This document shows, piece by piece, positions 39,245 through 48,465 of a stretch of 64,000 nucleotides of DNA. The stretch is taken from positions 37,378 to 101,377 of the IMG/VR virus record IMGVR_UViG_3300021963_006915. One strand, written 5' to 3'. The DNA is from a virus (lineage: Duplodnaviria > Caudoviricetes). Position numbers and translations under genes: made by a program. Under the pieces are notes generated by a model that saw only the letters and a program-made list of their open reading frames with translations, had not been told where the DNA came from and did no database searches. How positions within the stretch are numbered: position 1 is the stretch's first letter; each line of letters opens with the position of its first letter.

Positions 39245-40378
39245 ATGTGGAAGCTAAATACTAATCATTTTACTTTTTGGGACAGACTAAAGATTTGTGG
39301 ATTCTTTTTAAACACCAATAATTTCTGGACATATGGAAAACAAGTTCAAAACTTTGAGAAAAAGATGGCTAAATATGTTGGTAGTAAATATGCTTTATTT
39401 GTATCAAGTGGATCAACAGCAAATACTTTACTTGCTTATTATCTTGATCAAGTAGAAACCAAAAGAAAGATTGTTTTTCCAGCTGTAACTTGGGCTACAT
39501 CTATTACTCCATTTATTAAGTGTGGATTTGAACCAGTTTTTGTAGATGTTAAATTGAACGATCTATCAATGGATCTAGATCAAGTGGAAAACATTCTTAA
39601 AGAGAATAAGGATGTTGGAACAATCTTTATCACCGCATTATTGGGTATTTCACCTGATATTGATAGATTGAACTATCTTAAAACCAAGTATAAGGTTAGA
39701 ATCATGATAGATAGTTGTGAAAGTACCTTTACAAAGTTTAGAGGTAGAAATATTGCTTCATTCTTTACATCAACTACAAGTACATATTTTGGTCATATGT
39801 TACAAAGTGTTGAAGGTGGTTTTGTATTTACCAACGATGAAAAGGAATATGAACTATTCAATATGATTCGTAATCATGGTATGTATCGTCATTTACCACC
39901 AGAGAATCAAGAAAAATATAAGAATCCACAAGTAGATCCATTATTTGATTTTTATTGTATTGGTAATAATTTTAGAAATAGTGACATACATGCATATATT
40001 GGTTTGTTGGATTTTAAACGTGTACCTTTATACACATTTCATAGAAAATTCTGTGGTGAGATATTTACATCATTGTTGGATCAAAATTCTTTTTATATGG
40101 TTCAAGTAAAGAATGAAGACAATTTGTTTAGTTTACCAATTATTGCAAAAAATAAGGAAACTATTGATAAGATTAAAAAGTTCTGTAAAAGTGAGGGTAT
40201 AGAATATCGTCCTATTATTGGTGGTAACTTATTGAAGCAAACTGCATTTAAGAAATATGTTAATGGAGATTATCCAAATGCAGATATTATTAACGAAAAT
40301 GGTTTGTATGTTGGATTACATTATAGTGTTACCCCAGAACAAATTAGTTGGTTTGTTAAAACAATAAACGATATTTAA
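39245..40378 (+). CDS. DegT/DnrJ-family PLP enzyme, His-type (ColD-like GDP-4-keto-6-deoxymannose 3-dehydratase)
   Basis: SSGSTAN, PAVTWAT and DSCE motifs; YFGHMLQSVEGG has His where aminotransferases have the Schiff-base Lys; divergent from gmd. Confidence 0.75.
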   Translation: MWKLNTNHFTFWDRLKICGFFLNTNNFWTYGKQVQNFEKKMAKYVGSKYALFVSSGSTANTLLAYYLDQVETKRKIVFPAVTWATSITPFIKCGFEPVFVDVKLNDLSMDLDQVENILKENKDVGTIFITALLGISPDIDRLNYLKTKYKVRIMIDSCESTFTKFRGRNIASFFTSTTSTYFGHMLQSVEGGFVFTNDEKEYELFNMIRNHGMYRHLPPENQEKYKNPQVDPLFDFYCIGNNFRNSDIHAYIGLLDFKRVPLYTFHRKFCGEIFTSLLDQNSFYMVQVKNEDNLFSLPIIAKNKETIDKIKKFCKSEGIEYRPIIGGNLLKQTAFKKYVNGDYPNADIINENGLYVGLHYSVTPEQISWFVKTINDI

Positions 40379-40857
40379 AATTCATCGTCTTCATCTTCAT
40401 CGTCCTCTTCATCATCAATATCATCTTGCGGAGGACGATCATTGAACATTTTATTAAAGTCACGAAGGTCTTGGGTTTCAATGCCTAATTGATTAAATAT
40501 CAGTTGAATTGCCACCAATATTTCTGGTGTATGTAATTTCTTTTCAACCGATTTTTCAGCAAAATAATTTGATATCTGGACCAGTGTTTTTTTCACATGA
40601 GGAGGAAGTCCTTCAAAGTATATCATCATGTCTGATTTTTCTCTATCTATTATCAATCCGGGTATGTCACCAACAGATCGACTTTCTTGTTTTAACAATA
40701 TCAATTTATTTAATTTGTTAAGAATATCTGGTTCTGAATCAGATTCGTCAATAATGCTATTCTTAATTTTATTGATATCCTTGGTTTTTATTTTCCTAGC
40801 GATATTAAAACTAGACATTACTCCGTGCTTCGATAATAAGTGAGAAAAGTTTGACAT
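40375..40857 (-). CDS. hypothetical protein with acidic C-terminal tail
   Basis: Ends DDIDDEEDDEDEDDEF. Confidence 0.6.
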   Translation of the reverse strand: MSNFSHLLSKHGVMSSFNIARKIKTKDINKIKNSIIDESDSEPDILNKLNKLILLKQESRSVGDIPGLIIDREKSDMMIYFEGLPPHVKKTLVQISNYFAEKSVEKKLHTPEILVAIQLIFNQLGIETQDLRDFNKMFNDRPPQDDIDDEEDDEDEDDEF

Positions 40858-40901
40858 TTAAAATTAAATATAAAAAAATAATCAAAATATGTATTTTTAT
40901 T

Positions 40902-41903
40902 ATGAAGAAGCCTGCAATTTTTATAGACGCATTTATTGGTGATACGGAAAAGAAGAAGTGGTTTGATTACAATGTTAACAATTTTATCAAAGAAGGATTT
41001 GATGTTTTTATCATTTCCAATAAAATGACTAATTTTGATAAATTTGAAGATGTAAAGTATTTTGAGTACGATTGTGAAAACAGACTGCTCACTGATAGAT
41101 CTAAGTATAAATTTCACACAAAATTTAGAATGAATAGCAATCTATATCCAGCTGGTCTTCCTCCGCAGTTATTTACCGGATTATCTGAAATCCATGGGTT
41201 TACAAATTGGAGTATACTTTACAATCTCAAAAAAATAGCAGGTGTACTTAAACGTTTTGGTTATGATCACGCAATAAGGTGTGAATATGATGTTGTTTTT
41301 AAATCGTATAATTTAATGGATACTATATTCAAGGATTTTGGTTCTACTGAAAATAGTAAAAAATGTATGATCATGCCGTGTAATATAGGAGTCACCACCA
41401 ATGTTTTTCTATTTGATACAAATTATATTGATAGTATAATTCCTATAATGGAAACCGAGGATGATTATATTAAATTCCTAAATAACTTGTATGGATACAA
41501 TTTATCTCCGGTATTTGAAGGTATATTTCGTGATTTGATTAAAGATCAAGTACATCACTTGGATGTAGAAAAATCACATGAACATATAGAAAACATAGAC
41601 ATGTGTTTATCTGATGGAGATTTGGGTTTAAGACACAAAATAGGATATGGAAAATTGCAGATAACACCTGTGAATGATAACAAACAATTTTTTATATCCA
41701 ATCTTAGTCAGACAAGAGAAATCTATATAGAGTATATTACAGAAGGATATCGTGATATTTTTAGACTTTCACCAGCTTCTTGGTTAATACTTGATAACTG
41801 CAAAAACTTTGTTGAAATCAAATCCTCAGAGTTTAAAAATAATGAAGTCATTAAATTCGATTTATCACAACCTTGCGATTTTACAATAAAACCAAAATCT
41901 TAA
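40902..41903 (+). CDS. uncharacterised GT-A-like paralog family, copy 1
   Basis: MKKPAIFIDAF, GYDHAIRCEYD; start at 40902. Confidence 0.6.
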   Translation: MKKPAIFIDAFIGDTEKKKWFDYNVNNFIKEGFDVFIISNKMTNFDKFEDVKYFEYDCENRLLTDRSKYKFHTKFRMNSNLYPAGLPPQLFTGLSEIHGFTNWSILYNLKKIAGVLKRFGYDHAIRCEYDVVFKSYNLMDTIFKDFGSTENSKKCMIMPCNIGVTTNVFLFDTNYIDSIIPIMETEDDYIKFLNNLYGYNLSPVFEGIFRDLIKDQVHHLDVEKSHEHIENIDMCLSDGDLGLRHKIGYGKLQITPVNDNKQFFISNLSQTREIYIEYITEGYRDIFRLSPASWLILDNCKNFVEIKSSEFKNNEVIKFDLSQPCDFTIKPKS

Positions 41904-41913
41904 TATTTTTATT

Positions 41914-42924
41914 ATGAAGAAACCAGCAATTTTTATAGATGCATTTATAAGCGACAAGGAAAAGAAAAAATGGTTTGATTATAATCTTTCCAAGTTTATT
42001 AAACAAGGTCACGACGTTTTTATTATTTCTAATAAAATGCCTAGCTTTGATAAATTTGAAGATATAAAGTATTTCGAATATGATTCAACTAACAGATTGC
42101 TTACTGATAGGTCTAAGTATACGTTATTTAGTCATATGAATTGGTCTCATCAATTATATGATAATTCAGGTAATAGTTGTATTTTACAGGGACATAATAA
42201 TCCACACGGATTTACAAATTGGACTATATTGTATAATCTTAAAAAGATATGTAAAGTGCTAAAAAGTCGTGGGTATGAACACATGATACGTTGCGAGTAT
42301 GATGTTGTTTTTAAGAATTATGATTTAATGAGTACCATATTCAAAAATTTTGGTTCTACTGAAAATAGTAAAAATTGTATGATTCTTCCAGGCGGATTTG
42401 GTTGCGTAACCAATTTTTTTCTAATTAATATAGATTATTTAGATTCTCTGATACCAGAAATGGAAACTGAAGCTGGTTATATTAAATTTATGTATAAATT
42501 ATATGGATGTAATTTATCTCCTGTATTTGAAGAATTATTCTATAATATTATAGATAAGAAATGTGAATATTTAGATGAAAAATTAACGAATGAATATATA
42601 GAAGATATAGGTGTATGTTTTTCGGGTGGAGATTTAGGTTTTCGTCATGAGGTAGTTTATAACAATCTTTTAATGACACCTGTCAATAACAACGCCGAGT
42701 TTTTTGCAAAGAATAGTTCGACTGATAGTAATATCTATTTAGAGTATACTACTGAAGATTCTTCAGGCCAATCCAGTAGTACTTTATTTTTACTTTTGCC
42801 AGGCCGGTGGATCAGATGTAAATGTTCAAAATTTGTAGAAATTAAAACATCACAAATGAAATTTGGCAAATCTGTGAGATTTGACTTATCAAAACCTTGT
42901 ACTTTTACTATTGTAAGAAACTAA
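41914..42924 (+). CDS. uncharacterised GT-A-like paralog family, copy 2 (tandem duplicate)
   Basis: Extensive identity to 40902..41903 (NRLLTDRSKY, HGFTNW.ILYNLKK, FGSTENSK). Confidence 0.6.
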   Translation: MKKPAIFIDAFISDKEKKKWFDYNLSKFIKQGHDVFIISNKMPSFDKFEDIKYFEYDSTNRLLTDRSKYTLFSHMNWSHQLYDNSGNSCILQGHNNPHGFTNWTILYNLKKICKVLKSRGYEHMIRCEYDVVFKNYDLMSTIFKNFGSTENSKNCMILPGGFGCVTNFFLINIDYLDSLIPEMETEAGYIKFMYKLYGCNLSPVFEELFYNIIDKKCEYLDEKLTNEYIEDIGVCFSGGDLGFRHEVVYNNLLMTPVNNNAEFFAKNSSTDSNIYLEYTTEDSSGQSSSTLFLLLPGRWIRCKCSKFVEIKTSQMKFGKSVRFDLSKPCTFTIVRN

Positions 42925-43676
42925 AACCTCTGTTTAAGAATCTTTTTACTATCCTGTAGTATATCTGGGTCAAATATCTTTGGCCCTCTACTTATGTATC
43001 CTTTGCCACTAGTGAATGTACAATTATAACACAATAATTTTAGATTGACCAATGCGTGGTTGTGTTTATTACCATCTTCAAAGTTCAACAACAATGGTAG
43101 TTTACCATCTGTAATTCTACGTTCATGAAAACCACATTGTTCACATTCTGCTTTTTTGATATTGGATCTAATCAGTTTATCTTTTAAACGATGTACTGGA
43201 AAGTTTGGGTATTTGCCATCCAACACATCTTGAATTGGATACTTACCTTTATTGGGGTCAACCAATACTCTATTCACAAAGTTTTTCTTGGTAGGAGGCC
43301 AACCTGGTGTTTTATGCACACCATATTTTTTTGCGTATGTTTTGAATGTTTGATAACTAACACCCAATCGTTTTGCTGCTTTTCTGGCTGATGTAGACTT
43401 TTCTAATGCTTCTTTGATTTCTGACTCAACGATTGGTTTATTCTTTTTACTTCTGCCACCTCTACTTGGATAGATCTGATCAGCAAACTCTTTTTCTAGG
43501 TGTGGAATGTTTACACCTTTATCACGAAGCACTTTGTATTCATCTACTTCTCGTCTAACATCGTCACCAATCTGACTTAAACCATATATCTTTTCTACTT
43601 TTTCCTTTAAAGCATCAAGTTCTGCTAATTTTTTGTTAATTAAATCAAAATTGTAGGATGGAATATCATTGTTCAT
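42921..43676 (-). CDS. HTH + HNH-type endonuclease-like protein
   Basis: SARKAAKRLGVSYQTF (HTH); CEQC...DGNKHNH...NLKLLCYNC. Confidence 0.7.
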   Translation of the reverse strand: MNNDIPSYNFDLINKKLAELDALKEKVEKIYGLSQIGDDVRREVDEYKVLRDKGVNIPHLEKEFADQIYPSRGGRSKKNKPIVESEIKEALEKSTSARKAAKRLGVSYQTFKTYAKKYGVHKTPGWPPTKKNFVNRVLVDPNKGKYPIQDVLDGKYPNFPVHRLKDKLIRSNIKKAECEQCGFHERRITDGKLPLLLNFEDGNKHNHALVNLKLLCYNCTFTSGKGYISRGPKIFDPDILQDSKKILKQRF

Positions 43677-44019
43677 TTTTTAAAGATGCTGATAATGGTT
43701 CTTTAGCTAAGTCTACATCGGTAGTGCTTTCAAATATTTTTCTGAGTATTTCGGCTCGTTTAAACATACTGGCATTCAATAAAACTTTATATGTGTTTAT
43801 ATATTTGGCTTTACCATCTGATGATTTTATTGGTTTACACATTATAACCGGATTAACCAGAAAATCTTCTTCGGTCATATGAATTGAACTTGACTTCATC
43901 TCAACAGCTCTGGTACACGCTTCTACATACGCATCATCAAAGATATCTGGGTCTACATCAACATTCATTTTCCAATTTGCGGAACTTACATTAAATTTTA
44001 ATATTTTAGTTTTTGCCAT
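43666..44019 (-). CDS. hypothetical protein (ANWK family)
   Basis: Similar to 52237..52692. Confidence 0.6.
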   Translation of the reverse strand: MAKTKILKFNVSSANWKMNVDVDPDIFDDAYVEACTRAVEMKSSSIHMTEEDFLVNPVIMCKPIKSSDGKAKYINTYKVLLNASMFKRAEILRKIFESTTDVDLAKEPLSASLKNEQ

Positions 44020-45613
44020 AATTCAAATCTCCATCATTTAATAGATCTAGGTTACTTAGTTTCTGATTTACACTATTACATACTTGTTCTTCGACAGTGT
44101 TTGCCACGAACACAATCTTTTGTATACTCTTTGTTTTAGCACTATCACGCCATACTCTTCCAGTGGATTGACGCATTAATACAGCCGAGTACGAAGGACA
44201 TATTAACGACAATCTTGGAAAATTACCATTCAAATCGTGTAAATTTAATCCTGCACCGCCAGCTGCGATGTTGACAAGTATTATTCTACTTTTATCTGCT
44301 TGAAAATCATCAACGGCTTGTTGTCTATCTTTGTCTGATACAACACCATTCACAATACATTTTGTCTTGAGTCTATCTGATAATGCATTAATAGTTTCGG
44401 TGAAATTACAGAATATAGCCACACTCATGCCATTCTCAATACCTTCCTCTGCCATTTCTATAATAAGAGGTACCTTGAACATTTCAACTTTTTGTCTAGC
44501 ACGTAGAATTGCAACCATTTGGGTTTGACCCTTGTCTTTTTTGAGTTGTCTTTCAATCTTTAACAACTCTAATTGCATTTCTTCGTATGCTTTGTTGATC
44601 TTGTCTTGATCTTCTTTTTCCATCTCATAACATTCTGCTGTAATTTGACTTTCTGGAAAGTTAGGTATGGTATCACGATTAAGACGAACACCTCTATTGA
44701 TAAAAATGTCATTGCTAAGTTTGGCTAACGATTTCTTGTCGCCTGTAAATTCCATTCCAAATCTACCTCTCACAACTCCGTGTGCATAGGCCCATTCATA
44801 ATATTGTTTGCTGCTCTTAAACAACTGAATACATTGTCCCACCGTTCTTAACTCTAATGGATTGGTTGCCATAGTAGCACTGCAAAACAACATCTTGTAT
44901 CCAGATTTGAGTGCTGCCATACAAGTTTCACTATTCTTGGTCTTGGCATTCTTTAGTTTTTGTGCTTCATCCCAAACAATCAGAGTATTTTTTGGTATCT
45001 TCCAAACGAATTCTTTACGTCTGGTATCTCTTCTTTTAACATACGATGCAATTATACTATCAGATTTACCCATACGTAATGCTTCATAGTTAACAATACC
45101 TACACATTTACCCCACATCTTGAAGTGGTTCTTGATTACACGTTTCCAACTTTCTTTGACTGCTTTTGGACATACAACCAATATGTCCATATTTAATTCA
45201 CGAGCAACGCCGCAGGCTGTGTATGTTTTGCCGATGCCTACGTCACTACCATCTACGGCAGCACCCCATTTGTTTAGTGATGATACGATTTTACTAACAG
45301 CACCTACTTGCCATGGACGCAAGCCATCTTGTTTAACTACTTCGTAGAGTGGAAGTGGTTCATCTGACTTTTGTTTCTTAATAGCTTTTTCTTTAAAGAG
45401 AGTTGGGTTATCTTTGGTTTCGGTCAGAACCCAATCGTTGTCTCTTTTGGTAACACTATAACCTTTATCTTTGAGGCTTAACTTATTTACTTTCCAGTAA
45501 ACAAAGAATTGGTTTAAGTATTGAGAAGGTATTTTCCATTCACGAATAAATGTTACTTCTCCATTTTTTTCTATTTGAATTGGATCTGACCATCTGATAT
45601 CCAAATTTATCAT
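44006..45613 (-). CDS. SF2 (SNF2-like) helicase
   Basis: LRPWQ, GIGKT, DEAQ, SAT, GGAGLNL and QSTGRVWR motifs. Confidence 0.9.
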   Translation of the reverse strand: MINLDIRWSDPIQIEKNGEVTFIREWKIPSQYLNQFFVYWKVNKLSLKDKGYSVTKRDNDWVLTETKDNPTLFKEKAIKKQKSDEPLPLYEVVKQDGLRPWQVGAVSKIVSSLNKWGAAVDGSDVGIGKTYTACGVARELNMDILVVCPKAVKESWKRVIKNHFKMWGKCVGIVNYEALRMGKSDSIIASYVKRRDTRRKEFVWKIPKNTLIVWDEAQKLKNAKTKNSETCMAALKSGYKMLFCSATMATNPLELRTVGQCIQLFKSSKQYYEWAYAHGVVRGRFGMEFTGDKKSLAKLSNDIFINRGVRLNRDTIPNFPESQITAECYEMEKEDQDKINKAYEEMQLELLKIERQLKKDKGQTQMVAILRARQKVEMFKVPLIIEMAEEGIENGMSVAIFCNFTETINALSDRLKTKCIVNGVVSDKDRQQAVDDFQADKSRIILVNIAAGGAGLNLHDLNGNFPRLSLICPSYSAVLMRQSTGRVWRDSAKTKSIQKIVFVANTVEEQVCNSVNQKLSNLDLLNDGDLNYGKN

Positions 45614-45615
45614 AA

Positions 45616-45915
45616 TTAGTCACCCATTTCGTTTCTGTATTTAACATTACGAGCATGTTCATGAATATTGGATCTAACGTGACGGCCATCTTTACGATGT
45701 ACTCCCACATCAAACTTCTCCATCATCAGTTCAGTGAAGTAAACACCTTGGTTATCATCATAACCATAACCCAAGTTAGCCATATCATCCATGTAGGACT
45801 TTCTGGTTTTCTTATGAACTTTTTTACAAAGTTCTTCTAAGTAGTTAACTACTTCGTTTACGTTGTTTTTATATACAATCTTGTTGATTGTAGTGTCTTT
45901 AATGTAATAACTCAT
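45616..45915 (-). CDS. hypothetical protein
   Basis: 99-aa ORF coupled to the helicase. Confidence 0.6.
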   Translation of the reverse strand: MSYYIKDTTINKIVYKNNVNEVVNYLEELCKKVHKKTRKSYMDDMANLGYGYDDNQGVYFTELMMEKFDVGVHRKDGRHVRSNIHEHARNVKYRNEMGD

Positions 45916-45980
45916 ATATAGTATATATCCTTATATACCATATAAATAGTACTAATTCAAGTACTTTAAATATTATATTG

Positions 45981-46577
45981 TTATTTACTGGCTATAGGAA
46001 TTGAAGAGTATATATTACGTTCAGTTTGACTACGTATAGTTTCAAAGTACTGAATCAGATGGTTGATTGCATGATCTGCAATATCTTCAAGCCAGTCTTC
46101 AACTTTGAATTCGGTGGTGCTTATGCCGCCGTGAACCGATTTTAAATCACCCTTCTGAAATTCTTGTCGTAGAAAATTTATTAGATCTTGTTTCAAATGT
46201 TGTCGTTGTGAGATGACAAATATTTCACTCAAATCTTCTTTATAACTTACTCTAACAGGAGATTGTCCTTTACCACCGCTACCTTTTTCTCCTCTACCTG
46301 CGGATCTTTGAGCTGCTTTTTTCTTTTTTACCCAATTAGCAATCGCTTTTTTACCACCCTTGGCTCTTATTCTTGCAGCATACTTTTTGCCTAAACACGC
46401 ACTATAACTACTACCTTGTTTAGCGTCTCCACATTTACCAGCTTTTTTGCCAGTACTATCATATCTATCCCAACCGCCTCCACTGGTGCTTCCTACTGAT
46501 CCTTTACCAAACCACGCACGTAAACCTCCTTGATAGGCTTCATTAATTTGGTTTTCATATTTTTGGTAAATCGTCAT
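45981..46577 (-). CDS. putative internal head protein with basic Gly/Lys-rich module
   Basis: N-terminus MTIYQKYENQINE resembles the T4 capsid-targeting sequence; GGLRAWF...GGWDR...CG...CL module; upstream TATTTAT. Confidence 0.55.
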   Translation of the reverse strand: MTIYQKYENQINEAYQGGLRAWFGKGSVGSTSGGGWDRYDSTGKKAGKCGDAKQGSSYSACLGKKYAARIRAKGGKKAIANWVKKKKAAQRSAGRGEKGSGGKGQSPVRVSYKEDLSEIFVISQRQHLKQDLINFLRQEFQKGDLKSVHGGISTTEFKVEDWLEDIADHAINHLIQYFETIRSQTERNIYSSIPIASK

Positions 46578-46603
46578 ATTAAATATAAATATATACGATA
46601 TCT

Positions 46604-46774
46604 TTAACCTTGTATAAAAATCTTGGATAGATTTGCGTAAAACTTCTCCAAAGACTTTTTGGTTGCAAACTTTCTTCGGGTTTCTTTTAGAAAAAATGAA
46701 ATACTTTCACCGCTTAATTCGATGATTTGACCATCAATATTTATGTTATAGGTCTTGTTTTTTAAGGCAGGCAT
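46604..46774 (-). CDS. small hypothetical protein (56 aa)
   Basis: Below the ORF-track cutoff: MPALKNKTYNINIDGQIIELSGESISFFLKETRRKFATKKSLEKFYANLSKIFIQG; fills the intergenic gap. Confidence 0.5.
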   Translation of the reverse strand: MPALKNKTYNINIDGQIIELSGESISFFLKETRRKFATKKSLEKFYANLSKIFIQG

Positions 46775-46808
46775 AAAAGTATCTTATATTAAGTATTTTA
46801 TGCCTGCC
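46766..46808. promoter_or_regulatory. 13-bp perfect inverted repeat (GGCAGGCATAAAA / TTTTATGCCTGCC) covering the start codon of the 56-aa ORF
   Basis: Arms at 46766-46778 and 46796-46808 with a 17-nt loop. Confidence 0.6.
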
Positions 46809-46824
46809 CAAATGTTACATTTTT

Positions 46825-47469
46825 TTAAGTTTTGATCAAAAAATGTTGCCAATCAACGTGTCGAGCATCTTTGATTAAAGCATACACTGGAACTGGTTGT
46901 GGAATATGTGGTTGTTTAAGCAACTTTAATCCAGCTTCAGAGTTCAATCTATTACCCTTCTTGGAGTTGATATCCCGTGAACACAATACTAGATTGGTCC
47001 AAGAGTCTTCACCACCCTTACTACGAGGCAGAATATGATCGACGGTAGCATTATTACGATCAATCTTTTTACCAGTGTATTGGCAAACGCCATTATCACG
47101 ATTATAGATTGCATCCTTACTTGGTTTGCCTCTAAATTCCTTTACAGGCATTTTATTGTAATTAGTAGCAATAATGACGGTTGGAACACGAATCTTTAGA
47201 TGAGCGCTGTTGATGCTTAGATCCCAAGAACGAACTGGTAGATTTAGCCAATCGGCCCAAGAAACAGGATTCATGGTCTTGGGTTCTGTCAAAATAGGAT
47301 CGCCATTGTCATCAATATTATAATCGATATCCAAAGCTAGTGTTGCTGGCTTTCCATGGGTATCACATCCACAAAGATCTACGATAGCATCTTTGACAGT
47401 CTTGAAACCAACTGGTTGCCAACTAGCATTCAGATTTAGACATATTAATTTATTTTCGATTCCAGTCAT
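46825..47469 (-). CDS. HNH endonuclease (McrA-like)
   Basis: LNASWQP, RDNGVCQYTG, TVDHILPRSKGG and NLVLC...N..K motifs. Confidence 0.9.
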   Translation of the reverse strand: MTGIENKLICLNLNASWQPVGFKTVKDAIVDLCGCDTHGKPATLALDIDYNIDDNGDPILTEPKTMNPVSWADWLNLPVRSWDLSINSAHLKIRVPTVIIATNYNKMPVKEFRGKPSKDAIYNRDNGVCQYTGKKIDRNNATVDHILPRSKGGEDSWTNLVLCSRDINSKKGNRLNSEAGLKLLKQPHIPQPVPVYALIKDARHVDWQHFLIKT

Positions 47470-47486
47470 AACTCCTCCATCTTATA

Positions 47487-47816
47487 TCACTTTTTATACA
47501 AGTCAAACAAAATATTTTCTTCTGGTTCTAAACTTTCGTCTAGTCTACCTTTGACAATTTCCAGATCACATTTAAACCACTCGTTTTTAATGTCCGTAGC
47601 AAAATATCTTAGCTTTTCAGCTATTCTTTTCTCAGCTTCGTAACAATCTGAATGTTCTATATAATATTCAATTTTATAGTTACGCAGTGGAGATGATGTT
47701 TGATATGTACGTAACCTTGATTTTATATCATTAGTAACACCCACCTTGTAATAACTGGGAAAGTTACTATTACTTATGATATATACATAACCATTTTTTT
47801 GTCTACTATTTGTCAT
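47487..47816 (-). CDS. GIY-YIG / T5orf172-family protein
   Basis: GYVYII, YKVGVT...RL, AEK and NEWF motifs. Confidence 0.85.
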   Translation of the reverse strand: MTNSRQKNGYVYIISNSNFPSYYKVGVTNDIKSRLRTYQTSSPLRNYKIEYYIEHSDCYEAEKRIAEKLRYFATDIKNEWFKCDLEIVKGRLDESLEPEENILFDLYKK

Positions 47817-47835
47817 TTAATCTACTAATAAGTAG

Positions 47836-48465
47836 TTAAATGATTTCGTCAACCAATCCGTATTTTAAACACTCAGATGCGGATAAATAAATATCATGTT
47901 TCAACATTTCTTCCAAATCTGATGTGGTGAATTTGGTATGTTCTAAGTAAATCTTTTTAACTTTTTCAGATAGTAATTCAAGATTTTTGAATTCATCCTT
48001 AAAGGTTTCATGAGTACCACCACACCAACTTCTTAATTGATGTACCAACATAACACCATTTTGACCGATAAATCTACGTTTGCCGCATACACTAATAAGA
48101 GTTGCTGCGGAAGCACTGATACCTTCTACGTATGTATAAACTGGTACTCTTGATGCTTTGATACGATCAACGGTAGTGAAGGCTGAAAATATTTCACCAC
48201 CATCACTATTGATGAACAATTTTACGTGAGGTGGTGTTTCCAACCCTAGATTGATTTGGGTAATCAACATTTGTTTTTCCAAATCACTAAGACTTCTGTT
48301 TAGATTGTATATGCTTTCTAAGTCTACTTGACTATAAAAATAAATCTCATTACCATTTATTTGGTGTGGGATTTTTGTTTTGGTGGTGGTAATGATGTCT
48401 TCTTCATCATAAACTGGTAACTCATTTTTATAGCGAGAATAAAGCATATTGCTTATAAGTATCAA
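47836..48465 (-). CDS. ClpP-like serine protease
   Basis: INSDGGE, SASAATLI (Ser), MLVHQ (His), HDIYL (Asp) and GLVDEI motifs. Confidence 0.88.
   Translation of the reverse strand: MILISNMLYSRYKNELPVYDEEDIITTTKTKIPHQINGNEIYFYSQVDLESIYNLNRSLSDLEKQMLITQINLGLETPPHVKLFINSDGGEIFSAFTTVDRIKASRVPVYTYVEGISASAATLISVCGKRRFIGQNGVMLVHQLRSWCGGTHETFKDEFKNLELLSEKVKKIYLEHTKFTTSDLEEMLKHDIYLSASECLKYGLVDEII

Noticed and set aside
40380-40425. TCA/TCG/TCT triplet-like repeat
   Set aside because: It is simply the coding sequence of an Asp/Glu-rich C-terminal tail on the minus strand.
42921-47816. HNH and GIY-YIG genes as intron-encoded homing endonucleases
   Set aside because: Flanking genes appear intact with no interrupted reading frame or room for a group I intron, so they are free-standing.
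47836-48465. ClpP-like gene as the prohead protease for the X-X-E sites
   Set aside because: It is not adjacent to head genes, and Glu-specific maturation is the property of gp21-type proteases. Its role cannot be assigned from sequence.
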